In this document: piece after piece, positions 1-10,551 of the stretch
Position numbering within the stretch: the first letter of the stretch is position 1
How the letters are laid out: every line of letters begins with the position of its first letter
Position numbers and translations under genes: made by a program
From: Nitrososphaeraceae archaeon
Lineage (GTDB): Archaea; Thermoproteota; Nitrososphaeria; Nitrososphaerales; Nitrososphaeraceae
Assembly: GCA_035297365.1 (NCBI GenBank)
Contig: DATGZA010000009.1
Location: 1-53,363 of the forward strand
Direction: 5' to 3'
Length of the DNA: 53,363 bases
The notes under the pieces: model-generated
Told to the model about the DNA's origin: nothing
The model's input: only the letters and a program-made list of their open reading frames with translations
The model's database searches: none

Positions 1-493
1 TGACAGGGAACAAGAAAGTAAATAAATACAGAGAAGAATACATCATTATCATCAATCGTATGTTCTGTTTCTATTCTAATGATCAAGGATTGTTAGAAAG
101 AAATAGCACCTTATAGATGAATAAATATCGTTAAACTAACACAATCATGAAACTGCTAGAAAAAATTTAGATCAAAAAAAATTTGATATTATTATAGATA
201 AGCATTTTTTATTCGATTTAAGAACATATTGATTAATCAGATGTAATAGTATCTAAATCTAATAAAAACTTTATATACATTTGAAAATATTATTTATATT
301 CCTCATAAATTTAAATCGTTTTATCGATTTGGTATTTTAAAATTTAGTCTACCTTCTATTCTATCAATTTTCAGTTATTTTTTTTTTTGGTTAATTCATT
401 CTTTAATAAAATATCGCTAAAATAATCAAATAACAATCACTCAAAATTGTTCTGTTTCCGATCAATATAAGAATAAGTGTTTTAAATATATAC

Positions 494-709
494 ATGTCTA
501 TGGATAAAAAAACAAAATCTAGTAGTAAAGATACAAAATCTACTAAATCAAAAGCAATTCAGAAAGCAACAACACCTGCAAAAAAAGCCAGTACAAAGAA
601 AGCAACAACACCTGCAAAAAAAGCCAGTACAAAGGAAAGTGATAAAGTGAACATATCACCTGAAAATGTTACTTCGCAACAAATCCAATCTGAAACTACT
701 GAACCTTAA
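494..709 (+). CDS. Small Lys/Ser/Thr-rich protein with histone H1-like KKATTPAKKAST repeat
   Basis: 71 aa ORF, very basic N-terminal part, internal 12-aa duplication, AT-rich TATA-like sequence just upstream. Confidence 0.6.
   Translation: MSMDKKTKSSSKDTKSTKSKAIQKATTPAKKASTKKATTPAKKASTKESDKVNISPENVTSQQIQSETTEP
561..634 (+). repeat. 36-bp tandem repeat, 2 copies (AGAAAGCAACAACACCTGCAAAAAAAGCCAGTACAA)
   Basis: Exact copies at 561-596 and 597-632, in frame within ORF 494..709. Confidence 0.95.
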
Positions 710-902
710 GAGATTGACTGTAATTTGATCATAACTGAAAATCAATAATATTCGCCTTATTCAACTATATTATTTTATTTTTATTTTTTGAAAAAATGAT
801 TCGGATTCATTTTTCTCGATTTTTTGAGATAAATGTTAAAATAAATTAAATAAATTCTATGCTAATTATATATAACGTGTTACTTTGTAGCAGATATATC
901 TT

Positions 903-1493
903 ATGATGAACTTACGTATACATGAATCTACAAAATTACTTTTTATGAAATTACTCAAGATTTTTGAAGAATCAATCGATAGTGTAGTTATATTAACCAG
1001 AGCATTTAGTGTTTCAAATGTCATTCATATGGGAAAATTCTATAATGGAATTAAATCAGAACCATACGTTAATCATTCACTTCGAGTAGCACTAATAATG
1101 GCAGGAGAATTAAATATAAAAGATAAACATGTAATTGCTGCAGCTATACTTCATGATATATTTGATAAAACATATGCAAATCAATTCCAAGACAATCTTA
1201 ATGATGTAATAGGAGAGCAATCACTAAATCTTGTTTTATCCGTCAAGAAATATGATGTAAAAGATATGAAAGTCGAACAATATCATAAATTACTTTTAAA
1301 AAGTTCAAAAATTCTCAGATATCTTATTCTCTCTGATAGACTAGATAATATTAGAACCCTCAAACAAAGTCCTCATAGAGATAGGATTAGTCGATATAAA
1401 GAAGAAACTCAAAACTATTTTTTACCTGTTGCCAATTTAACTGATGATAGCTTGGTCTTTAAACTATCTGTTGCTCTATATGAACTCAAATAA
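903..1493 (+). CDS. HD-domain protein of RelA/SpoT hydrolase (Mesh1/small alarmone hydrolase) type
   Basis: Motifs EPYVNHSLRVA, AAILHD, LSDRLDNIR and KEET match the (p)ppGpp hydrolase HD domain; the usual HDxxED reads HDIFDK. Confidence 0.75.
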   Translation: MMNLRIHESTKLLFMKLLKIFEESIDSVVILTRAFSVSNVIHMGKFYNGIKSEPYVNHSLRVALIMAGELNIKDKHVIAAAILHDIFDKTYANQFQDNLNDVIGEQSLNLVLSVKKYDVKDMKVEQYHKLLLKSSKILRYLILSDRLDNIRTLKQSPHRDRISRYKEETQNYFLPVANLTDDSLVFKLSVALYELK

Positions 1494-2324
1494 ATAGATA
1501 ATACCTAACTAACATCAGCTAACTAATATCTATTTTTGTGTTATTTTTGGTTCTTAAATTCAGTCAAATTGAATTTGAGAATAGTTTAACGAAAAGTATT
1601 TCTTTTTTTGTCACATGTTTTTAGAATGGCAGAGGATATATCCAAAGTATTTTTGCATAAAGAGATCTGACTATTTAATTGTGTCATGATCAAAGGTTGT
1701 GATTTAATAATATTAGATATTAGCGATATTCATTTGGATACGTTTACAATATTTAGATATGAATTTACGATTATTAGATCGAATACAAACTCCAACTATT
1801 TTGATTAACAAAAGTTCATTTACAAATTCTTTATAAAAAATGATTATTATGCTTAAAATGATATTTTCAATGTCTATATCTATAGAATATACAAATTTAG
1901 TTAGCCGGTATATTTAGAGAAATAGAAATTGATGTTTCATTGTTTGATGGTCGACTCAGAGGAAGTAAATCTGTGTGAACTTGGATTTAATAAAGATTTG
2001 ATATGTCGTATTTATAAAAGAAGGAATGTAATTGTAATCATATATATTGTTTCAAAGAAAAGATGAAACACTAGAAAACATCAACATATAAATCATAATA
2101 TTACTAATGTATCATTAGAAGTTATTGTCATGTCAAACACAGTTTCATTTTTTCAGAGTGGAATTTACTTTCAACTTAAAAATACATAGATTTGATACAA
2201 TTTTTTAATAACCTATAGAATAAAGTTGTATCATTTATTTTATCTAAATTGATTAACTGAGCTTTAAATCACTGAACCTAGCACATATATTTTTAGTTAA
2301 TAGTTATCAATACATGTATAATAA

Positions 2325-3310
2325 ATGAGAACATCTAAACTAGATAATGCCTACAACAAGGAAACAGACACCGATACCAGAAGAAGATACTGTTGGTTAG
2401 ATTGATAGTCAAATACAAACAACATACAAAAGATTTAGCACAAGAACTACATAGATCTAGAGCTTGGGCATACAAATTGTACAAAAGGTAAAATAAGTGA
2501 CTGGATGGATTAAAAGATTAGCTAACTGGTAGACTTTCGGTACCAGAAGATGTAATGATAAAGATAAGACAAGAATTATCAGATACCAGCACTAGATGGA
2601 TTTTAGACATGTCGTGGATCTGGTATACAGAAAGATTGCAGTACAATATTATCAAGTACATAGTTACAGCTTACTACACAGATACCACTTTAGTCAAAAA
2701 GTACCGAGGAAAAGATTTGTAAATATTGTATCAGTAAAGGAAAAGAAGAGATTTAGAAAGAGCAAAACGCATTCTGAAGTATCTAGAGCATGATTAGACT
2801 ATACTTGTAAAGGATGAATTCATCTTTGTATAAGATTACGTAATCAGAAAAAGGAAAAAGGAATGAATTTCTGCAATTAAAAAGATCTATTATAACGGTA
2901 ACAGGCTCTCGCAAAAGAACAACTGTTTTTGGTTGTCTTTCAATACACTCGAAACAGTTTTTCAAGATATATGAAATTTAATAGTATTAGATTTGTTGAC
3001 AAAAAAAGTACAGAAAAGATTTTGTAAATTTATTGTGTTTGTAGATAGAACAGACCCCCATAGTTCTAACATCACAAGAAAATTTCTTGGAATTAAGATA
3101 CTATAAAAACTAGAATATTTTCCACTGGTATGGCTAGAATTTAAACCAATAGAGGAACGCTGGAGACAGGCAAAATACAACATACTTTCCAGTTATTATC
3201 TTACCTTTGATGATTTGAACTATCTAATTCTAGTTATTATATACTATAGATTCAAACTGGATACTATGAAGTATCTATCTGTCAATGTCTATGGATTAAT
3301 GTTATTAATA
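2325..3310 (+). pseudogene. IS630-family transposase remnant (multiple stops and frameshifts)
   Basis: Manual translation across frames gives DLAQELHRSRAWAYKLYKR (HTH), LDGLKD, DFRHVVDLVYRK...KVPRKRFVN (winged HTH; ORF 2596..2793), VTGSRKRTTVFGCLS, VFVDR..PH and IEERWRQAKY (DDE region); boundaries approximate. Confidence 0.8.
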
Positions 3311-3458
3311 TGATCTTGCTTTTGAAGATTTTATTTTTCATGAAATGAAAAAAGACATGGTTTGTAATAAAAAGTAACAAATTTGAGTTTGAGGTTATTA
3401 ACATAGTCAAAGAAGGTATAAAAATAATTTATTGATAGATTATATTATTAATTATCAA

Positions 3459-5369
3459 TTATGATGTTAAAATTTTTTTTATTTTATATTTTAGCAGGTC
3501 GTTAATCTTTTTACCATCTACTTTTCCACGAAGAATAGTCATACTTTTTCCCATCAAAGTACTTATTGAATCCATTTCTTTTTTTTGAATAATGTAAAGG
3601 TTTTCTTCTATTATTTTATCTAAAATCTTATCAAGCTCTTTATCACTTATTGATTTTATTCCAAGTAGAACTATTGCAGATTCAACAGTAGATGTTTCTT
3701 TTTTCATTAGTTTTTCAAAAATCAGAAAGACGGATTCTTTTGCGATTTTATTTGAATCTAGTTTCTTAAAGATATTTGTAATAATATCTTTTGTTAATAC
3801 AGATGAATCAAATCCTTGTCTTTCTAAATTAATTACGTCTTCTGTAAGTTTTGAAGCTATAAAAGAAGGAGGAATTTGTGTTGAGGATGATACTTCCTCG
3901 AAAACCTCGAAATAATTTGAGTCGAAAATCTTTTCGCTCAATATTTCGTTCATTTGATATTTTTTACTTAATTGCTTTATTATTTCGTTCCATGATTTGG
4001 GAACTTTCTCAATAAGAGAACCCAAAAGATCGTTGGTTATAGTGTATACGGGTATATCTGTCTCCGGATACATTCTAGCTGATCCAGGTTTTGGTCTACT
4101 ATAGATAGTTTTTCCATCTATAGATGCAGATCTGGTCTCGGAGGGAACCCCAAATTTTACAATATCAAGTCTCTTGCATATTGCATCAATAGCAATAGAC
4201 ATCTTCTCTTTAGGTCCTCCAATCATTATGAAACCGTCTTTTTCATCAATAATTTCTAATTTTTCTTTTATTTTTTTAACTTCTTGTTCTGTAATTCCAT
4301 AATTTGGCAACTCATCCGAGTGAAATATACCACCAAAACCATAAAAGCGTACCAATTCTCCCAACTCTTTTCCTATTCTTACATTAGGATATGGTTCAAA
4401 ACCAAAAAAACCTTTAAAACTTTTGACTCTGATTGCATTAATAATGTTATTCTTATCTCTTAATAGTTTCTTGATCGTTTTTGACTCTGAATCTTTCAGA
4501 ATATTACTTATTTCAAGAATTTTGTCTTCTGTTAATGACTCTTCAACTTTTCTTACTTTTTTTAATTTTTCTGCTATTAACATTAAACCATGTTGTCGAA
4601 TTGACTCATACTCTATCACTTTGATCAGTTGGTCTAATCTTTGTACTCCTTTTACTTCAACTATTCCATTCCCATTGTTAATAGATATATTAACATCTTG
4701 TCTAATACTTCCTATCCCTCTTGCTACTCTTTTACTTGCACGTAATAACCTTCCCAAAGTAAGTGCGATCTTCATTATTTCAGATGGATTTCCAGTAACT
4801 GGCTCTAATGCAATTTCTACCAATGGGATTCCAAGTCTATCTAATCCAAATTCTTTAATGTTTCCATCATCAGATAACAATTTCCCAGAATCTTCTTCTA
4901 GGCAAATCGTTTGTACTCCTATCTTTTTATCATCAACCTGTAAGTACCCTCCATATGAAATTAACATTGTTCGTTGAAATCCACTTGTATTAGAACCATC
5001 TATAACTATTTTTCGCATTACATTGATTTCATCCACTACTTTAGAATACAATGCTAACGAAATAATTAATGCAGTTTCTAAAGCATCTTTATTTATTTCA
5101 TGTGGCGGTTCTTCATCAGCTTCAACTAGACAAGTAGATCCGAAAGAAGAATAATATTTGATCGTTTGCATTTTAGAGAACTCAAACATACTAGCTTGGT
5201 CATATAACCCAAGCTCACTTTGAGTAGGACGTAATTTTCTTAAGAAAGATGAATTATAATCTTGAGTTTCTGTGCAACTGCAATTACAAAACAATTTATT
5301 TTTTGTTAACAGTTGTTGATGAATCTCGAAACCAACTTTTACGATAATTTCTTTTGAATTTATAGTCAC
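3459..5369 (-). CDS. gatE: Glu-tRNA(Gln) amidotransferase subunit E
   Basis: VGFEIHQQL, MRKIVIDGSNTSGFQRT, LDRLGIPLVEI, RGIGSIRQDVNIS, GSARMYPETD. Confidence 0.98.
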   Translation of the reverse strand: MTINSKEIIVKVGFEIHQQLLTKNKLFCNCSCTETQDYNSSFLRKLRPTQSELGLYDQASMFEFSKMQTIKYYSSFGSTCLVEADEEPPHEINKDALETALIISLALYSKVVDEINVMRKIVIDGSNTSGFQRTMLISYGGYLQVDDKKIGVQTICLEEDSGKLLSDDGNIKEFGLDRLGIPLVEIALEPVTGNPSEIMKIALTLGRLLRASKRVARGIGSIRQDVNISINNGNGIVEVKGVQRLDQLIKVIEYESIRQHGLMLIAEKLKKVRKVEESLTEDKILEISNILKDSESKTIKKLLRDKNNIINAIRVKSFKGFFGFEPYPNVRIGKELGELVRFYGFGGIFHSDELPNYGITEQEVKKIKEKLEIIDEKDGFIMIGGPKEKMSIAIDAICKRLDIVKFGVPSETRSASIDGKTIYSRPKPGSARMYPETDIPVYTITNDLLGSLIEKVPKSWNEIIKQLSKKYQMNEILSEKIFDSNYFEVFEEVSSSTQIPPSFIASKLTEDVINLERQGFDSSVLTKDIITNIFKKLDSNKIAKESVFLIFEKLMKKETSTVESAIVLLGIKSISDKELDKILDKIIEENLYIIQKKEMDSISTLMGKSMTILRGKVDGKKINDLLKYKIKKILTS

Positions 5370-5416
5370 AATGATTATGATATAAAATGTATATTTTAAT
5401 CATTGTACGAATTATA

Positions 5417-6817
5417 TTATAGAATATGAGAAATTGGAATAATTTCATTTGATATATTCTCCTGCATTATTTTTATAATTGAAGTATGATCACTTTCATT
5501 AGCTAAAAGCCACATTGCCTTTACTACAGCAGCCTCGGAAAGCATATTGGACAATGGAATTACTCCTATCTTGAGTAAATCTCTTCCAGTATCATAAACA
5601 TTCATGTTCGTCCTACCCCAAATACATTGTGATGTCATAAATACTAATACTCCTAAGTCAATTGCTTTCTTTATGTAAGGAATGCAATTTTTATTTATAT
5701 GTCCTAACCCAGTTCCTTCAATAATGACAATCTTGTTTCCTTGACTAACAACATATTCTATCAACATTGGATTAAAACCTGGATAATATTTTAATAAAAA
5801 TACTCTATTATCAAATTTAGACCTAAAAATTTGATATTTTACTTTACCTTTTTCATATTCAACAGATCTCTTTTTCAGAATAATATTTGAAACCACTTCA
5901 TGATTTAAGTAGATTTGATTCTTGTTAATAGTAGCAACAGGCAAGACATCAATTGATTGAAATGCATCTCTTTTGCTTGTGTGATTTTTTCTTACTCGTG
6001 TTCCAATATGACAAGCAAGAACATCGTCAGACAAGCCAGAATGCATGACAATGAATACTCCGGAATAATCTAGTCTACTTGCACAGATAACAGCTCCTAT
6101 TAAATTTGAAGATGCGTCAGAAGAAGGTCTATCAGAAGATCGTTGTGCACCTACTAGTATTACTGGAATTGGAATATTTTGTAATACAAAACTCAATGCA
6201 GAGGCAGTATAACTCATAGTATCAGTTCCATGTGAAATAATAATCCCGTGGTACATACCCAAATTTATTTTCTCTACGATCTTGTTAATAATTAAGTTCC
6301 ATTCATTCGGTCCTATATTTTCACTATATTCGTTAATCAAAATTTCAGTATCAATTTTTGCATAGTCTGATATTTCCGGAACAGAACTATAAAGATCTTG
6401 AGCTGAAAGAACAGATGTGACACCTCCAGTTCGATAATCTATTTTACTTGCAATTGTCCCTCCTGTACTTAATAACAAGATTTTAGGTTGGTCCAAATCC
6501 GTTAATCTAATAGTATTAGAAAAATGGTTATTACCATTAGCATATTTAACATTTTTATATGAGGATGTTTTGTTTACTAAATTTGTAGATGAAATCAAAT
6601 GTATGGATTTGATTCGTTCTATTTTTATACCAATATTATAGCCGTTATTTAGTTTTATTACAATATGATCTTTCTTACCATATTCATATCCAGGCATTAA
6701 TCTTCCAGTAACTACAGTTTCATCAGTTAAAACAACATTAATAACTTCACCAGTTTTGGTATTTTTTAGTATGGACGCAACCTTATCATTTTTTGACATA
6801 AGATAAGAGATTATCAT
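5417..6817 (-). CDS. gatD: Glu-tRNA(Gln) amidotransferase subunit D
   Basis: IKLNNGYNIG, STGGTIASKIDYRTG, HGTDTM, GAQRSSDRPSSD, RKNHTSKRDAF; adjacent to gatE. Confidence 0.98.
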   Translation of the reverse strand: MIISYLMSKNDKVASILKNTKTGEVINVVLTDETVVTGRLMPGYEYGKKDHIVIKLNNGYNIGIKIERIKSIHLISSTNLVNKTSSYKNVKYANGNNHFSNTIRLTDLDQPKILLLSTGGTIASKIDYRTGGVTSVLSAQDLYSSVPEISDYAKIDTEILINEYSENIGPNEWNLIINKIVEKINLGMYHGIIISHGTDTMSYTASALSFVLQNIPIPVILVGAQRSSDRPSSDASSNLIGAVICASRLDYSGVFIVMHSGLSDDVLACHIGTRVRKNHTSKRDAFQSIDVLPVATINKNQIYLNHEVVSNIILKKRSVEYEKGKVKYQIFRSKFDNRVFLLKYYPGFNPMLIEYVVSQGNKIVIIEGTGLGHINKNCIPYIKKAIDLGVLVFMTSQCIWGRTNMNVYDTGRDLLKIGVIPLSNMLSEAAVVKAMWLLANESDHTSIIKIMQENISNEIIPISHIL

Positions 6818-6858
6818 AGATAATTATAACTTAACTTAATCCCATAATAATACTAAAG

Positions 6859-7401
6859 TTAAGTGACATCAAATAATTCTTTATGTTTTTGCCAGATTTT
6901 TTTTAGTCTGTCTATCCCATTTATATCTTGAATTATTTTGGTAGTTTCTGGGTGTACTAATTGTTTCCAATCATCATCTCTGATCATATAGTCTCTTATT
7001 AATGTTCCAGAAAACTTTTTTCTGTGATGTAATTTTGGTTGAATTGTCTTTATTCCCCGCTCTTTATATAATACAATTGTGAACGGATCGTTAGTAAAAA
7101 CTAGTTCATATTTTGGGACCAATAAATCGATATTATGTGTCCAAAGCGCATGCACTCTTGTATCTGATACTGGAATGATAAGTATTTTACTAATATCAAT
7201 CTCCTTAACTTTGATTAGAGTATTTCTTATCATTTGAATTCGTTCGCCAGCTGTAAATGGATTTCTCAATTCATGACTGTTTTGTGCACTTCCCACAATA
7301 ATAATCAAGAAAGCAACAGTTTTTAGAACGGATTTGATAGTTTCGATATGACCATAATGTAATGGTTGAAAACGACCTATAAATAATCCTGTGAGCATCA
7401 A
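6859..7401 (-). CDS. nadM: Nicotinamide-nucleotide adenylyltransferase
   Basis: FIGRFQPLHYGH, GSAQ, NPFTAGER, SGTLIR. Confidence 0.93.
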   Translation of the reverse strand: MMLTGLFIGRFQPLHYGHIETIKSVLKTVAFLIIIVGSAQNSHELRNPFTAGERIQMIRNTLIKVKEIDISKILIIPVSDTRVHALWTHNIDLLVPKYELVFTNDPFTIVLYKERGIKTIQPKLHHRKKFSGTLIRDYMIRDDDWKQLVHPETTKIIQDINGIDRLKKIWQKHKELFDVT

Positions 7402-7509
7402 TAGTGAAATAATGGTGAAATAAATAAATGTTAATTTAGAAAAACATTTCAGGTTGGTATAAAATAATATTTTATTTTGATAGTTACTTGCTGGTTTGAT
7501 GTCCAGAAA

Positions 7510-7842
7510 TTAAATTTTGATATTAATCAGAGATAATCCAATAAACATTGATAATATAATTACAGAAAATCCTCCTGCCAAAAACCCGTACTGAGTTTTT
7601 GGTGTTGTAGCAAACCCTGATTTGTAGACTAAAAAAGCCCCACTCATTCCAACAAAAAGTATCAATGTGATAATAATTGTTTCGCTTATAGTTTGTACTG
7701 ACCTAGAGGGAATGAAAGTTATTCCTTCAGGTAAATTTGAGCCTTCAAGTATAGCATTTATTAAACCAGAAGATAATGCAAAAAATATAACTAGATAAAT
7801 TATTGATATTATAAGTATTGGTTTTGACTTAAAGTTCAACAA
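7510..7842 (-). CDS. 3-TM membrane protein, OST3/OST6/OSTC(DC2)-like oligosaccharyltransferase accessory subunit
   Basis: Three hydrophobic helices; SGLINAILE..P...F....QTISE pattern resembles the GGIIYDVIVEPP...F....QYIME region of OSTC. Confidence 0.55.
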   Translation of the reverse strand: MLNFKSKPILIISIIYLVIFFALSSGLINAILEGSNLPEGITFIPSRSVQTISETIIITLILFVGMSGAFLVYKSGFATTPKTQYGFLAGGFSVIILSMFIGLSLINIKI

Positions 7843-8192
7843 GAAAGCATGTATGTATAAGTATAAATACTTTTATTTATTAATGGATTCTTAATTCATA
7901 ACTTCTATTTGTTAACCTCTATCTCTTAAAGCTTTTAATATCAATATGTATTTAATAGAAGACAAATTTATTGAAATGTATTATTTGTTCGGCTAAATGT
8001 TTTAATAAAAAATTATTGTTTTAATCATAATCTAGCATTAAAAAGTCTCAAAAAAGGATACATAAAATGGTCCGATGCATTTTCAAGCAATATATCTTGG
8101 GATGGATATTTATCAAGATTATTGAAAATTGAAGATGCTGGAATTTGGATAATGGATATTATTAACTATGAATTAGAAAAAAAATGAGGATA

Positions 8193-9839
8193 TTACATTT
8201 CACCCATACCACCAGGGGGCATACCACCAGGGGGCATACCACCAGGAGATTTACTTGATGCAATTACATCATCAATTCGTAGAATCATTGATGCCGCTTC
8301 TGTCGCGGATTTAATTATTTGTTCTTTTACACTTAAGGGTTCAAAGATATCCATTTTGGACATATCTGTGATTTTTGCGCTTCTTGCATCAATCCCCATC
8401 CATTTTGCTCCTTTACTTTGTTTTGCTCTTAGATCAGTTGCTGTATCGATTGGATCCATACCTGCATTTTCTGCCAATGTAAGTGGTATTACTTCCAAGG
8501 CTTCTGCAAATTTCTCAGCTGCTAATTGTTCTCTTCCAATTAATGTACTAGTCCATTCTCTTAACTTGCTAGCAACATAAGCTTCTGGAGCTCCACCCCC
8601 TGCAACTATCGCTGGTTTTTCTAAAACATCTTTAGTTACCATAAGTGCATCGTGAATAGAACGTTCTGCTTCATCTACTACTCTTTGAGATCCTCCCCGT
8701 ATCAAGATTGTTACCGATTTTGGATGTTTACATCCTTCAACGAAAACCCATTTATCAGTCTCTACTTTTCTTTCTTCTACCAAGTCTGCACTTCCCAAGT
8801 CATTAGAAGTAAGATCTTCAATGCTGTTTACTACACGAGCGTTAGTAGCTCTTGCCAATTTGGTCATATCACTTTCTTTTACTCTACGAACTGTCAATAT
8901 ATCTGATTTTGCCAAATAATGTTGGGCAATGTCGTCAATACCCTTTTGACAAATAACTACATTAGCTCCAGAAGATTTAATCTTTTCCACCATATCTTTT
9001 AGCATTCTGTTTTCTTCCTCAAGAAACATTTTCATTTGATCTGGTGAACTAATGTTTATTTTGGCATCAAATTCGGTTTTTTCTATTTCTAAAGCACAAT
9101 TTAATAAGGCAATTTTAGCTTTATCTATTCTTTTTGGCATGCCACCGTGTACCACTTCTTTGTCAAGAACTATTCCTTGAATTAAAGTTGTATCTCTCAA
9201 CGATCCTCCAGCTTTCTTTTCTACTTTTACATCATCTATGTCTACTTTATTTTTAGAATCAACGCTTTCTACAACTTGTAAAATTGCCTTAACTACAATC
9301 TCAGCTAACTCATCTGCTTCTTTTGATACTAACTTTGTTTGCATTGATGTTTTTGCTACTTTAATTAAACTTTCTTTATCATTTGCATCAATTTTTTGTG
9401 CAATTTTATTAAGAATTTCAATCGCTTTTTGAGCACTCTTTCTATATCCATCTACAATTATTGTTGGATGCACATCTTTTGCAATCAACTCCTCTGCTTT
9501 CTCAATTAAAGCGCCAGCCAAAACAACAACAGAAGTTGTACCGTCTCCAACCTCATTGTCTGTTGCCTTACTGATTTCTACCATCATTTTTGCCGCAGGA
9601 TGTTGTACATCTATTTCTTTCAGAACAGTTGCACCATCATTTGTAATTGTAACATCACCTAGAGAATCCACCAACATCTTGTCCATTCCACGTGGACCTA
9701 GACTTGAGCGGACGATTTCAGCTATTAGCTTTGCTGCAGTAACGTTGTTCTTTTGAGCATCTCTACCTTTTGTTTGAGTAGATCCTTCCTTTAATATTAA
9801 CACTGGTACACCACCAGCTGAACCTTGTTGAATTGACAT
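8193..9839 (-). CDS. ths: Thermosome (group II chaperonin) subunit
   Basis: SLGPRGMDKML, TNDGAT, GDGTTS, GGGAPE, GGM-rich C-terminal tail. Confidence 0.98.
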   Translation of the reverse strand: MSIQQGSAGGVPVLILKEGSTQTKGRDAQKNNVTAAKLIAEIVRSSLGPRGMDKMLVDSLGDVTITNDGATVLKEIDVQHPAAKMMVEISKATDNEVGDGTTSVVVLAGALIEKAEELIAKDVHPTIIVDGYRKSAQKAIEILNKIAQKIDANDKESLIKVAKTSMQTKLVSKEADELAEIVVKAILQVVESVDSKNKVDIDDVKVEKKAGGSLRDTTLIQGIVLDKEVVHGGMPKRIDKAKIALLNCALEIEKTEFDAKINISSPDQMKMFLEEENRMLKDMVEKIKSSGANVVICQKGIDDIAQHYLAKSDILTVRRVKESDMTKLARATNARVVNSIEDLTSNDLGSADLVEERKVETDKWVFVEGCKHPKSVTILIRGGSQRVVDEAERSIHDALMVTKDVLEKPAIVAGGGAPEAYVASKLREWTSTLIGREQLAAEKFAEALEVIPLTLAENAGMDPIDTATDLRAKQSKGAKWMGIDARSAKITDMSKMDIFEPLSVKEQIIKSATEAASMILRIDDVIASSKSPGGMPPGGMPPGGMGEM

Positions 9840-9969
9840 TTATCATTTTCACCTTAAAATTATTTCTAAAGAAACTGACAGAATTTGGCATATTTTAATT
9901 TTATGCAATATATAACATTATACGAAATAGTTTGCAAGTTTTTTAGTATTAAAAAACAGTTAAATTTGT

Positions 9970-10452
9970 TTATTGAAATAAGGAATCGTATTTTCCAGAG
10001 TTAATGTCAGTATACAGATCTTTTGCAGGTTTATCCTCAACCTTTACTCCGCTACTAACACAAGATCCAATAATCTCTTTAGAACAATTCTTCAAATCTA
10101 AAGCATAAGATACATCAATCTTCATTCTTGCAATTTTGACTATGCCAGACATGGATATATTTCCAACATAATCCTTTCCTGATGTTCCTGAACCCTTTGT
10201 AATTCCAGCTTCTTTTGCAATTAGAGCAGTTGTAGGAGGTATTCCTACTTCAACAGTAAATTTTTTAGTTTCAGAATCAACTTCCACCTTAACGGGAACT
10301 TTCATACCAAGGAAATCTTTGGTCTTTTCATTGATTGTGTTTACAACTTGTAATACGTTAATCCCCAAAGGCCCTAATGCAGGTCCTAAAGGAGGTCCAG
10401 CACTGGCTTCTCCTCCAGTAACTAAAGCAGATATTGATTTTTTATCGCCCAT
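9970..10452 (-). CDS. rpl11: 50S ribosomal protein L11
   Basis: GGEASAGPPLGPALGPLG, VGIPPTTALI. Confidence 0.97.
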   Translation of the reverse strand: MGDKKSISALVTGGEASAGPPLGPALGPLGINVLQVVNTINEKTKDFLGMKVPVKVEVDSETKKFTVEVGIPPTTALIAKEAGITKGSGTSGKDYVGNISMSGIVKIARMKIDVSYALDLKNCSKEIIGSCVSSGVKVEDKPAKDLYTDINSGKYDSLFQ

Positions 10453-10551
10453 ATCGGAAAAAATAACAGTCCGAAATATAAATGGTCATCAAATTTTGTT
10501 AAGATCTATAAAAATAATATAACTGAGTAAAAATATATTAAATTATGAATA

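Noticed and set aside
1500-2320. Possible response-regulator remnant (DLIILDISD...)
   Set aside because: Single short motif in AT-rich DNA; insufficient evidence
2783-3183. Two short minus-strand ORFs
   Set aside because: Antisense to the IS630 DDE remnant
4423-4977. 184-aa plus-strand ORF, and similar antisense ORFs inside ths, spt5, rrp42, rpoD, sufC, rfcS, rad50, herA and nurA
   Set aside because: Antisense shadows of well-supported genes, with no motifs of their own
8196-8246. GC-rich repeat at the thermosome 3' end
   Set aside because: Encodes the ordinary PGGMP chaperonin tail
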